The notes under the pieces: model-generated | What the model was told of the DNA's origin: nothing | Databases searched by the model: none | What the model saw: only the letters and a program-made list of their open reading frames with translations | Made by a program: the position numbers and the translations under genes | Source: Eledone cirrhosa | Lineage: Eukaryota | DNA length: 64,000 nucleotides | Direction of reading: 5' to 3' | Assembly: GCA_964016885.1 (NCBI GenBank) | Contig: OZ024740.1 | Span: forward strand, 358,236,001-358,300,000 | In this document: positions 1 to 11,650 of the stretch, piece after piece | How the letters are laid out: each line of letters begins with the position of its first letter | How positions within the stretch are numbered: the first letter of the stretch is position 1

Positions 1-164
1 AGCTACTGTCGCTCAGAGAGTGGGATTGGCTCAGTGCACAGTCTTTCCTCACTTTAAAAAAAATCTTCATGCACAGGCATTGCATGATAGCATTAATTAA
101 TAATTATTAACAATGTTATATCGTGCAATGGCCATGCTCGATAACAAGGGGGCAGCCATCATGT

Positions 165-450
165 ATGTACCTCGTTTTTGTATTTGTTTTGCAAGATATT
201 TTTTTATTTGTTGTAACAGATATTGTTGTACTTTGGGAGGGTCATGCTGCCAATAAAAACACACGCACCTGTTGGTTTTCACTTCAATTTATTATTATAA
301 TTTCCCCGTCGTTCGGTTTAATGACCGTGTGGTTGTTTATTTGTTGATTGTCAACGCCCTTTCATCACACATTCTGTGACCTCCTCAGTGACTACATTTG
401 TTGTTACTTGTGTCTCTTATTTGTTGTTTTACATCACTTTGTCTTTGTGA
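165..450 (-). mobile_element. Diverged solo pseudo-LTR/3' tail of the PLE family at 16480-25008
   Basis: Matches 16483-16760 (atattgttgtactttgggagggtcatgctgccaataaaaacacacgcacc; cacacattctgtgacctcctcagtgact). Translation QIKKYLAKQIQKR vs QIKNLAKQIQKR in the young element. Carries a degenerate HHR at 350-393. Confidence 0.85.
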
Positions 451-1363
451 AGTCATATTTTCTAATTATAAAGAAATAACATTTTCTAAAAATGTGTTCA
501 TTAGCTGCCTCAGTTTATAAACGGGGTTTTGATTTTCCTTATTTGTCCCTTACACTTTGCAGTTGATTATCGCTTTTTTTTACACCAAAGTGGGGCATTT
601 TCATATCAAAGAGGTGGGAGGCATAATCATTTTTGAGATGTTGAGGTGGGGCATGGTGCACAAAAGGCTGGGAACCACTGATTTAAACAGCATCGCTTTT
701 ATTCTACTGACAAAGAATAGTGGTATTTCGGGCATCCCCTTATCTTCTACAACAACCATCTGATGTCTTGAAAGTAGAGAAAGTTTGATGAATTGAAATA
801 TCTTTTGTTAAATATTGTTCTGATAACGATTTGATGTCTATAAAGTAGAAAAGTTTCGATGAATTGACCAGAGAATTTGTGTTAAAAGTATTGTTCTTGA
901 ATGTTTAAAGAGGACATCTTGTAGAGAGTCTCAGGTCACATCTACTTTAATAGGCCCCACCCAGCGCCGATAGGGCTCCAAGCTGATGGGAGGCATGGGG
1001 GAAAATGCCCCATCTGCCCTGCTATAAAGGCACAAACCACTTTAGTTCGATGCATAGATTTGTAGCCACTCACTGATAATAAACTCATACGTGCAAGCGC
1101 GTGTATTTTATCACTTGTCGTTCAGGTCAAGACAAACTAAAAACGTTAATAATTATATAGAACCATTGATGCTTACAAAATGAAAGTATTTTTTCTCTGT
1201 AGTAATCTCCTTAATAATTACAAAGAGAATTTAATAGCAAATACTAGACAGTTAATCTACTTAAATACCATTTCTATTCGGATACTGTAAAATAATGACA
1301 GATGAAAGAAACCACACACATACACGCACACACATATATATATATATACATGTGTGTGTGTGT

Positions 1364-1417
<54 letters not shown>

Positions 1418-1420
<3 letters not shown>

Positions 1421-1977
1421 TATGTATACGTATATGTATACAGACGTACAGTAGTATGTATATATATATACATACATGCACACATATATATATGTACGTA
1501 TGGATTCACCAAACATTTATTATAATGCTCGGTGTGTTTGTAAACAAACATCCCGTATTAAGCCGTAGTGTCTAGCAACTACCGTTGCTCGTTTGTTCAA
1601 CACTGACAAAAGAACGCTGTACTAATTTCAAGCTTGTTAGCTATCGTCAGCAAAGTATACCTTCCTGCCAGAAAGTATATACTTTCCTTATGCATATTAA
1701 CGGCTGAGTAGCCCAATTTGCATATCGAGTGGGTTAATCGGCCGGGTGCACCGAAAACGATAAACGGAAAAAATGAAACGAAATTTCATTTCCCACTCTT
1801 AGTACGGCTGTTACTTAAATATAAGTATGTATACGTACATACATATATGTATACAGACGTACAGTAGTTTGTATATATATACATACATGCACACATATAT
1901 ATATATGTACGTATGGATTCACCAAACATTTATTATAATGCTCGGTGTGTTTGTAAACAAACATCCCGTATTAAGCC

Positions 1978-1980
<3 letters not shown>
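1418..1980 (-). mobile_element. (TA)n-flanked ~1.4-mer tandem element (~405-bp unit) with degenerate hammerhead; retrozyme/pLTR-like
   Basis: Direct repeat 1418-1567 / 1823-1980. Minus strand 1657-1615 reads tactttg CTGACGA tagct aaca agctt GAAA ttag TA cag. Confidence 0.55.
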
Positions 1981-2039
<59 letters not shown>

Positions 2040-2269
2040 ATATTTATATATGTATACAGTGTTGCACCCACACACACTTATATCAACATATATAAAGACA
2101 AACAGACTGTCCTACTTCCTACAAGTTATTTCTTTGTCAACAATATTATGAAAACTACTTCTATTTCCAGTCATTTATATACAAGTCACTTCAAAATTAT
2201 ATATATAACTTATAATATATAATTTCTCTCTCTACCTTTGTACTGTATTCGCTGCTAAATGGTTAGGGA

Positions 2270-2392
2270 ATGTGTATCGCAGGTACATGGTTCTGGGTTT
2301 AATCTCACCGAGTATCACCTTGAGTAAGTGTCTTCTACTATAACTTAGGGTTGACCAATACATTGAGTGGAATTTGATAGAGGGAAACCTGT
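2270..2392 (+). mobile_element. SINE remnant, family 2 (caccttgagtaagtgtcttctactata core)
   Basis: B-box-like ggttctgggtttaatctc followed by a core also seen inverted at 14780-14920 and 48810-48925. Confidence 0.6.
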
Positions 2393-2685
2393 GAGAGTGA
2401 TATAGAGAGTGAGAGATCGAAAAAAAGTGAGTGAGCGAGAGAAAGAGGGAGAAAGGGAAAGAGAAAGAAAGAAAGAGAGAGAAAGTGAGAGAGTGAGAGA
2501 GAGAGAGAGTGAGTGAGAGAGAGAGAAAGAGTAAGAGACTGAAGTGATAGAAAAAGTAAGAACAAAACAGAGTAGAGTACGGTATAAATTGGGAATATTA
2601 GTTTAACGCTCAGTTACAAGTTAAAATCAGTACATAAAGTTTCGACCCACGGCCTTCATTAGATATGGTAGTAAGAGGAAGAAAA

Positions 2686-2873
2686 TGTAGGAAAAGATCA
2701 AGGAAAGCAGTGCTCAACATATTGCCAGAAAGCTTATTTAGTATAAGCAAAGTTTCATACACTTAACATAACATGTATGTACACATACATGTTAAGTGTA
2801 TGAAACTTTGCTTATACTTAATAAACTTTCTGGCAATATGTTGAGCACTGCTTTCCTTGATCTTTCATCTACA
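2686..2873. repeat. ~90-bp-arm fold-back hairpin next to (TA)n
   Basis: aagatcaaggaaagcagtgctcaacatattgccagaaag... pairs with ...ctttctggcaatatgttgagcactgctttccttgatctt; centre ~2780. Confidence 0.9.
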
Positions 2874-2888
2874 GATTTAAACCCCTTC

Positions 2889-2925
<37 letters not shown>

Positions 2926-2929
<4 letters not shown>

Positions 2930-3114
2930 AAAAAGTATGACCCCGACGGCAGAGATCAAGCCGTTTCGACAGCTATTTCTGGACTAAATAGCCGTCGAAA
3001 CGGCTTGAGCTCTGCCGTCGGGGTCATACTTTTTCCTATACCCACTCTACTACCCTAAGTATTGATTACTCTGGTGCGTTATGGTCCATCTGGTTCCTTA
3101 CCACAATTCCTTCG

Positions 3115-3117
<3 letters not shown>
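2926..3117 (+). mobile_element. ~190-bp hairpin-headed element, copy 1 of 3
   Basis: ~55-bp-arm palindrome (2926-3040) plus ~75-bp tail ending ccttcgtta; (TA)n on both sides; homologous to 4043-4240 and 52251-52450. Confidence 0.85.
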
Positions 3118-3161
<44 letters not shown>

Positions 3162-3294
3162 GTAACGGAATTATCGGATAAAATATAACATCTAGTGCAA
3201 ATCCAAATAGATGTGTGTTTTGGTAGTTTAGGGAGAAAAACATTAGGAGGAAGGAAGCATGACCCCCCCCCCCCTGCCCACCAGTTCCACCGCT

Positions 3295-3339
<45 letters not shown>

Positions 3340-3995
3340 GAGGTATCGTTTGAGGTTATCCAATGAGAGGTAATGAGTAATCTGTACCGTAAAGGATTTT
3401 AACGTCCGGCGTTGGTTGACTCAACAAGATGTTTAGCAAAACACTGTTTTCATAATTTGCCTGGTATAAACAGTATTTAAAACCGAATTTCACAATCACA
3501 TTGTAGATAGCGATTTTAAGACGCAATCGATTACATACTAGGCAATGAAACATATGTTAATGCTTGAAATAAAAACCCTATTTATCCATGTTAATCTTCA
3601 TTCATCCTATAATAAATATTTGCTCTACGGTTCTTATATATTTGATATATATTTATCCTTATCGAGCCCTCTTTGGATTTTAGTCTTCAAATTTATTATT
3701 ATTACTATATATATATATATATATGGCTATTGGTGAGCTTGTTTACTCTAAAGTTTCACCTGTGCACTCACAGGATCTTGTATGATGATCCACCAAACTC
3801 TTATCCTCTCCATGTCTATCATACAAAACTCTTTTTTAATCCACCTCTCTGTATCTACTAAAACCAAACTCTCACCCGCTCTATATCTATATATATCTCT
3901 CCCATATGTCTCTACATAACATGTACATACATTGTAGCGCATATACAAATAGATGTTTTGCTAGTTTGGGGAGAAAAATAAAATTATTGGCCTTC

Positions 3996-4042
<47 letters not shown>

Positions 4043-4046
<4 letters not shown>

Positions 4047-4234
4047 CGAAGGAAATGTTGTAAGGAACCAGGTGGACCATAACGCACCAAAGTACTCAAT
4101 ACTTAGGGTAGTAGAGTGGGTAATAGGAACGAGTAGGACCCCGACGGCTGAGCTCAAGCCGTTTCGACGGCTAATTCTGGACCAGAATTAGCCGTCGAAA
4201 CAGCTTGAGTTCAGTCGTCGGGGTCCTACTCGTT

Positions 4235-4240
<6 letters not shown>
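4043..4240 (-). mobile_element. ~190-bp hairpin-headed element, copy 2 of 3
   Basis: Reverse complement of the 2926-3117 family; (TA)n on both sides. Confidence 0.85.
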
Positions 4241-4271
<31 letters not shown>

Positions 4272-4277
4272 AAAGTA

Positions 4278-4768
4278 TTGGACATCCTGCAGGACTAAAA
4301 ACAAAACCTGTCAAAGAGTAAAGGAGCTCTTAAGAGTCAATGGCCATCCAAAATCACCGGGAGAGATGACCCCTTAGCCTTTGTCAAGGCAGAATTCTAG
4401 GAGAAGGAAAACTCTGATATAACACCTGCAACTCTGATGGTATCCAATGATGTTGACTTGTTCTTCTTTTTGGTAAATATCATCTTGGTTAAGAGAGTGG
4501 GACTGGCTTTGTGCAGTGCCTTTGCTCACTATAAAAGCTTCACGGCACAGGCATTGCTTTATATCTGGAGATCTCTCTGCACTTATCGTCACACGGTACC
4601 ATGGGCCCAGCACTATGTGTCAATAATTGTCACAAGTGTAGTGTTTGTACCAGAGTTTTCAAGTCGCTGGCTGGACTAAAAAGTCACACTCGTTCAGCGC
4701 ATTGGTAGGAGTTCTCCTACATGGATATAAAGTAGTGGCCGTACTCGAAAACGAGTTGGCAGCCACCA
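4278..4768 (+). mobile_element. 5'-truncated copy of a ~610-bp non-autonomous retroelement
   Basis: Near-identical to 25156-25645; ends gagttggcagccacca-(TA)n. A diverged relative lies at 1-95. Confidence 0.85.
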
Positions 4769-4946
4769 TATATATATATATATAATGAAAAGAAATAATG
4801 CAACTGGACTCTTTTAAGAATATTTATATTTATTTAATTTACCGGTCTCACAGTTCTTTTGATTTTCAAAAGTAAAATTGAGATGGAGGATTTTTGTTTC
4901 TGCTGTGGTGTGTCTAAAACCTTACTTTCTCATATATATATGTATA

Positions 4947-5325
4947 TATATTAATAAAAGGAATTCCAACTTTGTCTGATTTACTCGTTTTATTTACAAT
5001 CCTTTAAAATTATAATGATATTATAATGAAATAGTATGGTAGAATATTAAATGTCAAGTGTTAATTGAACAAGTACTTTCGCAATCTTCAGGTTCATATT
5101 CTGTGGTGACAGTCAAGTTTGTAATTTTCACAGTTGAAAATTGCAAACTTGACTGTCACCACAGAATATGAACCTGAAGATTGCGAAAGCATGAAAGTAC
5201 TTGTTCAATTAACGCTTAACATTTAATATTCTACCAAACTATTTCATTATTATATCATTATAATTTTAAAGGATTGTAAATAAAACAAGTAAATCAGACA
5301 AAGTTGGATTCCTTTTATTAATATA
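4947..5325. mobile_element. ~185-bp-arm fold-back element carrying a hammerhead ribozyme
   Basis: Near-perfect palindrome centred on ttttca-cagt-tgaaaa (5131-5134); TA-rich flanks; intact HHR in the right arm, internally deleted copy in the left arm. Confidence 0.9.
5169..5207 (+). ncRNA. Minimal type I hammerhead ribozyme
   Basis: tgaac CUGAAGA ttgc gaaa gcat GAAA gtac UU gttca: stem I tgaac/gttca, GNRA-capped stem II, palindromic stem III AGUACU. Confidence 0.9.
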
Positions 5326-5337
5326 TCATACACACCC

Positions 5338-5387
<50 letters not shown>

Positions 5388-5391
<4 letters not shown>

Positions 5392-6418
5392 TAGAAAAAT
5401 GCGTACAGCAAAAAAAAGTAATATTGTTGGAATATAAACCTTTAAAAAGACAGGACAAGAAACTAAAATAAAACTTTAAAAGAATAGGACAAGAAACTAA
5501 GATAAAACTTTAAAGAATTGGACAAGAAATAAAAACATTTTACAATAATATTAGTGGCAACATTTTTATTTGTAAAAAATCGAGTTCCACATTCATAGGC
5601 TCTGGGTTCCACATTCAGAGGTCGTCGTCAGACCGGGGGAATCATTTGATCCTGGTTTGAACACCAATTGGGCCATAACCATACCCCTATTTCATCATTC
5701 GGCGACACACCTCATGTGTCATGCATAATGTGAATGGACCCATGAGCACAGATCTTGAGCAGCAGCGGACGGTCTTGTCGTCCCGCTCATCCTTCTCCCG
5801 TCCATCTTCTCCTTGCATCTTGTCCTTGAGTTCAAGTCCGGCAGTCCAGATGAATGCGTGCCACAGCTTTCTGGTACAGGAAGGGGGAGCAGGAGGACTG
5901 GAGGGATGACGGGACAGAGGGAGGGAGGATCGGTGGTTGAGGGAGGTGTCGTAGTCGGTGGTCAGAGTCGACATCTTGTCCCGGTCATCTTCGTCTGGTG
6001 TTGCGGGACCAGAAGTGCATTCTTGGAGGAGACCTGCAGCTGCATCGGCCAATTCTTCTTGCAATGGTCATTCTGACGGAGCAGAACTGCTCAGCCAACC
6101 AACCCCAACCAGAACCAACCGCTCAGGGGCAACGCACAATGAAAGCATGACAATTATTATGCACTAATCAAGAAGATACTGGGGCATAGCACAGGAAACG
6201 AATAAAAAAATTTTGCCACTAATATTATTGTAAAATTTTTTATTTCTTGTCCAATTCTTTAAAGTTTTATCTTAGTTTCTTGTCCTATTCTTTTAAAGTT
6301 TTATCTTAGTTTCTTGTCCTATTCTTTTAAAGTTTTATTTTAGTTTCTTGTCCTGTATTTTTAAAGGTTTATATTCCAACAATATTACTTTTTTTTGCTG
6401 TACGCATTTTTCTATCTG
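5388..6418. repeat. Long inverted repeat (~185/215 bp) with ~31-bp internal subrepeats around a GC-rich core
   Basis: 5388-5570 (cagatagaaaaatgcgtacagc...) is the reverse complement of 6204-6418; the subunit taggacaagaaactaagataaaactttaaaagaa has one extra copy in the right arm. Confidence 0.9.
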
Positions 6419-6693
6419 GTCTACTATTTTTTAAGGCAATGCAAGCAACAACTATCTAATAATTAAATGATCATAGTGAATTACTGACAAGTGATTGACA
6501 TTTTAAAGTTCTTTTGAGTATAATTGCAATCTAGTTGAGGCAACTGGCTTAATGACAAAGCTAGTAAATCATGAATGCATTTGAGATGATTAGTGCATAA
6601 TAGTGAATTGGTGAAACTTGTGCATTTCAATGGTGTTACAACAATAGATGTAAGTTATATAGTAGTAATACTTTATCATTTTAACTTTTTAGA

Positions 6694-7053
6694 ATGGACA
6701 AAAACCCATGCAAAGAAATGACTTTGACTGCAGTGATTCTCTCCAATTTACTTACAAAGCAAAACGTGGTCAAATACCTTATCATCTCTGATAAAATGCC
6801 CATTGAATCACTGAAAATCGGATGCATGGAATTCCTCATAAAATGCACCTATGAATCGGAAGCCATCACATATATCAATGGATATAGGGAGTTGTTCACA
6901 CTGGAAGACCATCACATCATTTGTGACTTCATCAGTTATCTCCACGATTATCTCAGACACCCAATGCCATTGATGAGAGGTGATCCAATGTGTGAGCATG
7001 TAACTAATCTTATAGAAGTTGTTATCGACCACCTGGCTTTTAGAGACATTTGA
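6694..7053 (+). CDS. Hypothetical 119-aa protein or terminal exon, probably TE cargo
   Basis: Non-repetitive ORF with protein-like composition; immediately preceded by ttttaactttttag (acceptor-like); flanked by ~85-bp direct repeats. No recognisable motif. Confidence 0.35.
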   Translation: MDKNPCKEMTLTAVILSNLLTKQNVVKYLIISDKMPIESLKIGCMEFLIKCTYESEAITYINGYRELFTLEDHHIICDFISYLHDYLRHPMPLMRGDPMCEHVTNLIEVVIDHLAFRDI

Positions 7054-7774
7054 CTGATTTGACTGATAATGATGTATTTTAAAAAAGTATGTGTACATTC
7101 TTGTTACTATTTTAAGGCAATGCAAGCAACAACTATTTAATCAAATTTAAATTTAAAAATGACCATTGTGCATTACTAGTATGATGACATTTTATTAAGT
7201 CACAAAATTAGTCAGTCAGCCATAGAACAAGGATCAGGTGGCAAAAACATTGGCAAAAATTTGTGTCAATTTAAGATTCCCAACATTGTTCAAATGAATC
7301 ATATCTGGTTTGAAGTCAGATTTGTCAAATTTTGACCAATTTTCAATGTTATGAAGATTGAGCAAGTTCAATTTTTGAATCATTTCTTTCATGCAGTAAT
7401 TAAACTTTTCCAAACGTCGTCATTTCTGGATTACCTCCCCTAGCATCACGCTTACTACTGACTCACTTGAACACAAGATTTATCAGCAAACTTTGATTAT
7501 AAACTTTTTCCCGCTGGACCAAATTTCTAGATTTTTAAGCCAAAAGATGCGTAATGATCTACTGTTCATGCTCATATAAGTGTTATCTCAGTTAAATAAA
7601 GTAGAGCCGCGCTGTACTGTCGTAAACAGACGATTGCCAACGAAAACACGACCACAACAATATTACTAAACGGACTACCGTCCGTTTAGGATATATATAT
7701 ATATATATATATATACTTCTTTATTCTTTTACCTGTTCCAGCCATCCGGCTGAGGCCATGCTGGGGCACCGCCC

Positions 7775-8095
7775 TTGTTGCTACACATCTATCTCCAGCC
7801 TGTGTTGGCTGGCCATTGGTGTAAGAGGGAGTTCGTTGCTGCTGCCCTTAGGTTTACCTTCGTACCGTGGTGTGGGCTTATCCAGGATCATTGATAGCAG
7901 AGTGTCAAGATGTTTCTTGAAAACATCCACGTCTACATCATGCAGATCTCTCAAATTTCTTGGCAGCTTGTTGATGAGTTAAGGGCCTTTGAACCTCAGG
8001 CTATTGCAATATCTGCTGCTTATTCTAGATGGGAAAACGGGACCTTAGGCACCACACAGTGACGTCCTGTTCGGGGGTTGGTCCAGCTCTCAATA
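7775..8095 (-). mobile_element. CR1/L2-like LINE 3' remnant
   Basis: Minus translation YCNSLRFKGP*LINKLPRNLRDLHDVDVDVFKKHLDTLL resembles the CR1-group ORF2 C-terminus. A short repeat fragment (gccatgctggggcaccgcc) is adjacent at 7716-7775. Confidence 0.65.
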
Positions 8096-10019
8096 TATAT
8101 ACATAAAGAAACAAAGGGGGAGAGAGCGATAGAGATAATGATAGAGTGAGGGTGAGATTCTTATTTTCTGTTTGTTTCTCTTTCTTTCGTCTTCATCTTC
8201 TTTTTTCTCATTCTTCCCCTCAACAACATTTCGCAAGGGGCTTTAGCGATTTCTTTCAAATTCATACGCTAGTGGAAGGGGGAGGGGGGATTTGTTAACA
8301 TTCTGAAAAAAATAGTGCTAAAATTCCAAACCATGATTATGTGGATAAGTGGGGGTTATCTGTATTTCTAATGCGGTGGGCGGGGATGGAAACGGAGAAC
8401 AAAGTTTATTTTCATCTGCATTAGAAATATACACATACATATGCGATGGAGTTTCGCACCCACTCACTCTTATATATATATATAAACACACACACACACT
8501 CACTCTTTTACACATATAAAAATAAAATAAATAAATAACTCATATGTCGATCCCGGCATATTTGAATTCAAATTAAGTAAATATGTTAACTGTGGCAAAT
8601 GTCAATCCAAAATCTAAATCTAATAATACTGGTTTCTATGTTAGGCACTAGGCCAGCCATTTTTTAGGGTTGGGATAAATCGATTATATCGATCCAGTAC
8701 TTTATCGGTACTATATTGTATAGACCCGGGAAGAATGGTAAGGTCTACCTCAACAACTCTAAAGCATTTTTTTCGATAGGTTCTACCAACCTATCGACTT
8801 TAAAGTCTGATAAATAACATAAAGCGTTTGATCTTGTCTAACTATCTATTGCGGTCAAAAGAGAAAGAGAATGCAAGTAATGTCACATAAGGCATTAAAT
8901 AGATTGCTACTGTCTAAATGACATTTAAAATAGCTATGATGTCAGATATTTTGCTGGAAAATGTAATGTTATCAAAGTATTTATTCCTTTATGCTCTTAA
9001 CAAGTGCATTAGCAAAGAAGTGGAGCGCGGTTGCGGACTCAGCGCTTAGGTTAATAACAGTTAGTATGTTTATTTTTTTCTTTATCTATTCATTTTTAGA
9101 TTGGGAACAAAATCGTTTTTGTTGTTGGGAATATAGTCATTCGAATCACTGCTGTTATTGCTTAGACGAATATTTACCCTGATCGGGATAGTAAGGTGCA
9201 GTGTATTCCTCGGACATTATAATAAACGTGCTTCATAAAAATAATGAGCATGTTCTAAGTAAAAAAAACAACAACGACGAAAAAACAACAAAGAAAACTA
9301 TCAGTAGCTAAACTAGATACAAACACCTATATTTGCTATACATTAAAGAACCAAATAAATCGCTATCTGTGTATTCCACGTACTATGCGATGAATTAATT
9401 ACTTGAGAATTTTTGAACGGAATTATCTCTAAATAGTGACCTGATTGATTTGCCAGTTTGGCTCTAGGTTTCTCTCCCACCGAAAAGTTTCTTGGACTAA
9501 GAGAAGATTGATTTTAATACAACTCACCATCTTTTTATCAGGCTTTCGTTTCTTTTGCTTTTTAAACGGAAACAAACCAACTTTCGTCATTTAAACTCCT
9601 GATTGTGGAAACGATAGTTTTTTTAAAGTCTTCTGTTTAAATATTTAGTGAAGTAATCCAAACATTGTTATCTCAGTGTACATGAATTTAGTGGAATGAT
9701 TGTGTTAGGAGGTGTAAAATACATTCGAATTATATTTGTATTGAGTATACAGTCTCATGTATTAAGTGAACCTGAATTAACTGTCGCCTTCAGTTTTCCT
9801 TAATTCAGCTGTAATGTTCTTTTGTTAACAGTTAATTATCCTAACACAATTTACATCATTTCCATTTCTGTTTATCTGATCTATATCTGTAGTGATTTCA
9901 CAAGCCCCACGCTCTTCCAAATTCTCTTTCTTTACACTCTTCTGATCACTGTACTTCTACAGACAAACGCGTAGCTGGCCACATACGTAGACTTACAAAC
10001 ATAGCTATTTACACACATT

Positions 10020-10174
<155 letters not shown>

Positions 10175-11139
10175 TAAATATAGACTCAAATATAATTAGG
10201 AAAATAGATAATTGTATAAGTAATAGTAAATATACAGATAGATAGATGAGTAGAGAGTTAGACAGGTAGGTAGATATGTAGGTAGATTGTTAAACTCCAT
10301 ACAGACGTTTCGTTGTTCTATTATAACGTTTGAACTCTGATCAAAATTAGGAAGGTACAATTTTCTTGCTACCCATCGTAATTATAACCTGTCGCTCATT
10401 CTCCTGTTTCAGTTCTAATGATATAGCTAACTGAATACTCTGAAATTAAACACATGACACAAGTGGTTGTGACTCAAACAAAAATATATAGCATAAAATA
10501 AAAACTAAATATTCCTTGCGCCTTACACGACACTTTGTTTATGAATTTTGTTAAAACTTTTTTTTCTATTCGTGATACCTAAATTAAAATTTATGTCTAA
10601 CCTTAAATTAATTGATATAGAGAATAGAAATTAATTTAATTGAAATGAAAAGTAGGTAGGCAGCGTTTATCCAGTTTCCAAAGCAATGGATAAAAAAAAA
10701 CTTGCTTTTCGTTTTGTTTTAAGTGCATATCTAAATGAAGTATGTGTCTTTTGGTGAAGTCTAAACTCGTGTTTATACCTAGGGAAGCAGAACGGTAGAA
10801 AGAGCTGTTTTGTGGTGATGTCTATCTAATTAGTGTTGATACTGTAGTTGCTGCTGTTGCTGTTTCTGAGGACATACTGTTGTAACATTTGGGACTTGAA
10901 CAGTTAGTCTTCTCAGAGTCGGCGTAAATATTAGGCCAACTAGGCTGATGCCTAGTGCAGGTTTCAGAGAGGCGCATCACTGAATCTTAAAGACTCACAG
11001 TTTTATACCAATTTGTATAATTAACTTAAATATATAATAATTTCTTGCGACCAATAAATAAATAATTAAACATCATTGCTCCGTAACAGCGTTGTGAAAA
11101 TATCCAAGATGGTGGTGGTGGGGGTGGGGTGGGGTGTGT

Positions 11140-11170
<31 letters not shown>

Positions 11171-11553
11171 GGCTGTTATATGGTGTTATGACCTATAATA
11201 TAATTTGGCATGTGCGAGGGCTGGGTGTGTAGTAGAAAATGTAGGCTTAGTAGTTTTTAGTGTTGTCAGGGTAAGAAATGTTAAAACCTAGGTTGGTCAG
11301 CTTGCCAAATTGTAAGGTGAAATTATTTTTTCTGGGTGTAGAGAGGGCATAACGCCTAGGACGTTTAAATATGCAGGCGCCGGTCCTGTATCTTCCTCTA
11401 TATTCTAAACACGGTCGGGTATTTATCAAAAGAAATTTGATCATGTTAGGCGACCATGTAAAATCTTGGCTTGTTGGCTAATCTAATTGTCATTGATATT
11501 AGCTACTGTTGTTGATTAATCCCGATTCTACATGTGACTTTGCTTGCAAATAT

Positions 11554-11650
11554 TAATTGTTTCTACTTTTGGCACAAGGCCAGTACATTACTGGTACTTT
11601 ATTTTATCGACCCCGTAAGGATGAAAGGCAAAGTTAACCTCAACGGGATT
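11554..11650 (-). mobile_element. SINE family 1 fragment
   Basis: Shared core actggtactttattttatcgaccccgtaaggatgaaaggcaaagt. Confidence 0.85.

Noticed and set aside
1257-2222. ORFs rich in YI/HT/CV repeats (also 9932, 13185, 37630, 42523, 49369-49945, 52309-52661, 56324-56751)
   Set aside because: Stop-free translations of (TA)n, (CA)n and (GA)n microsatellites. Only the first 17 codons of 56821-56324 are considered real.
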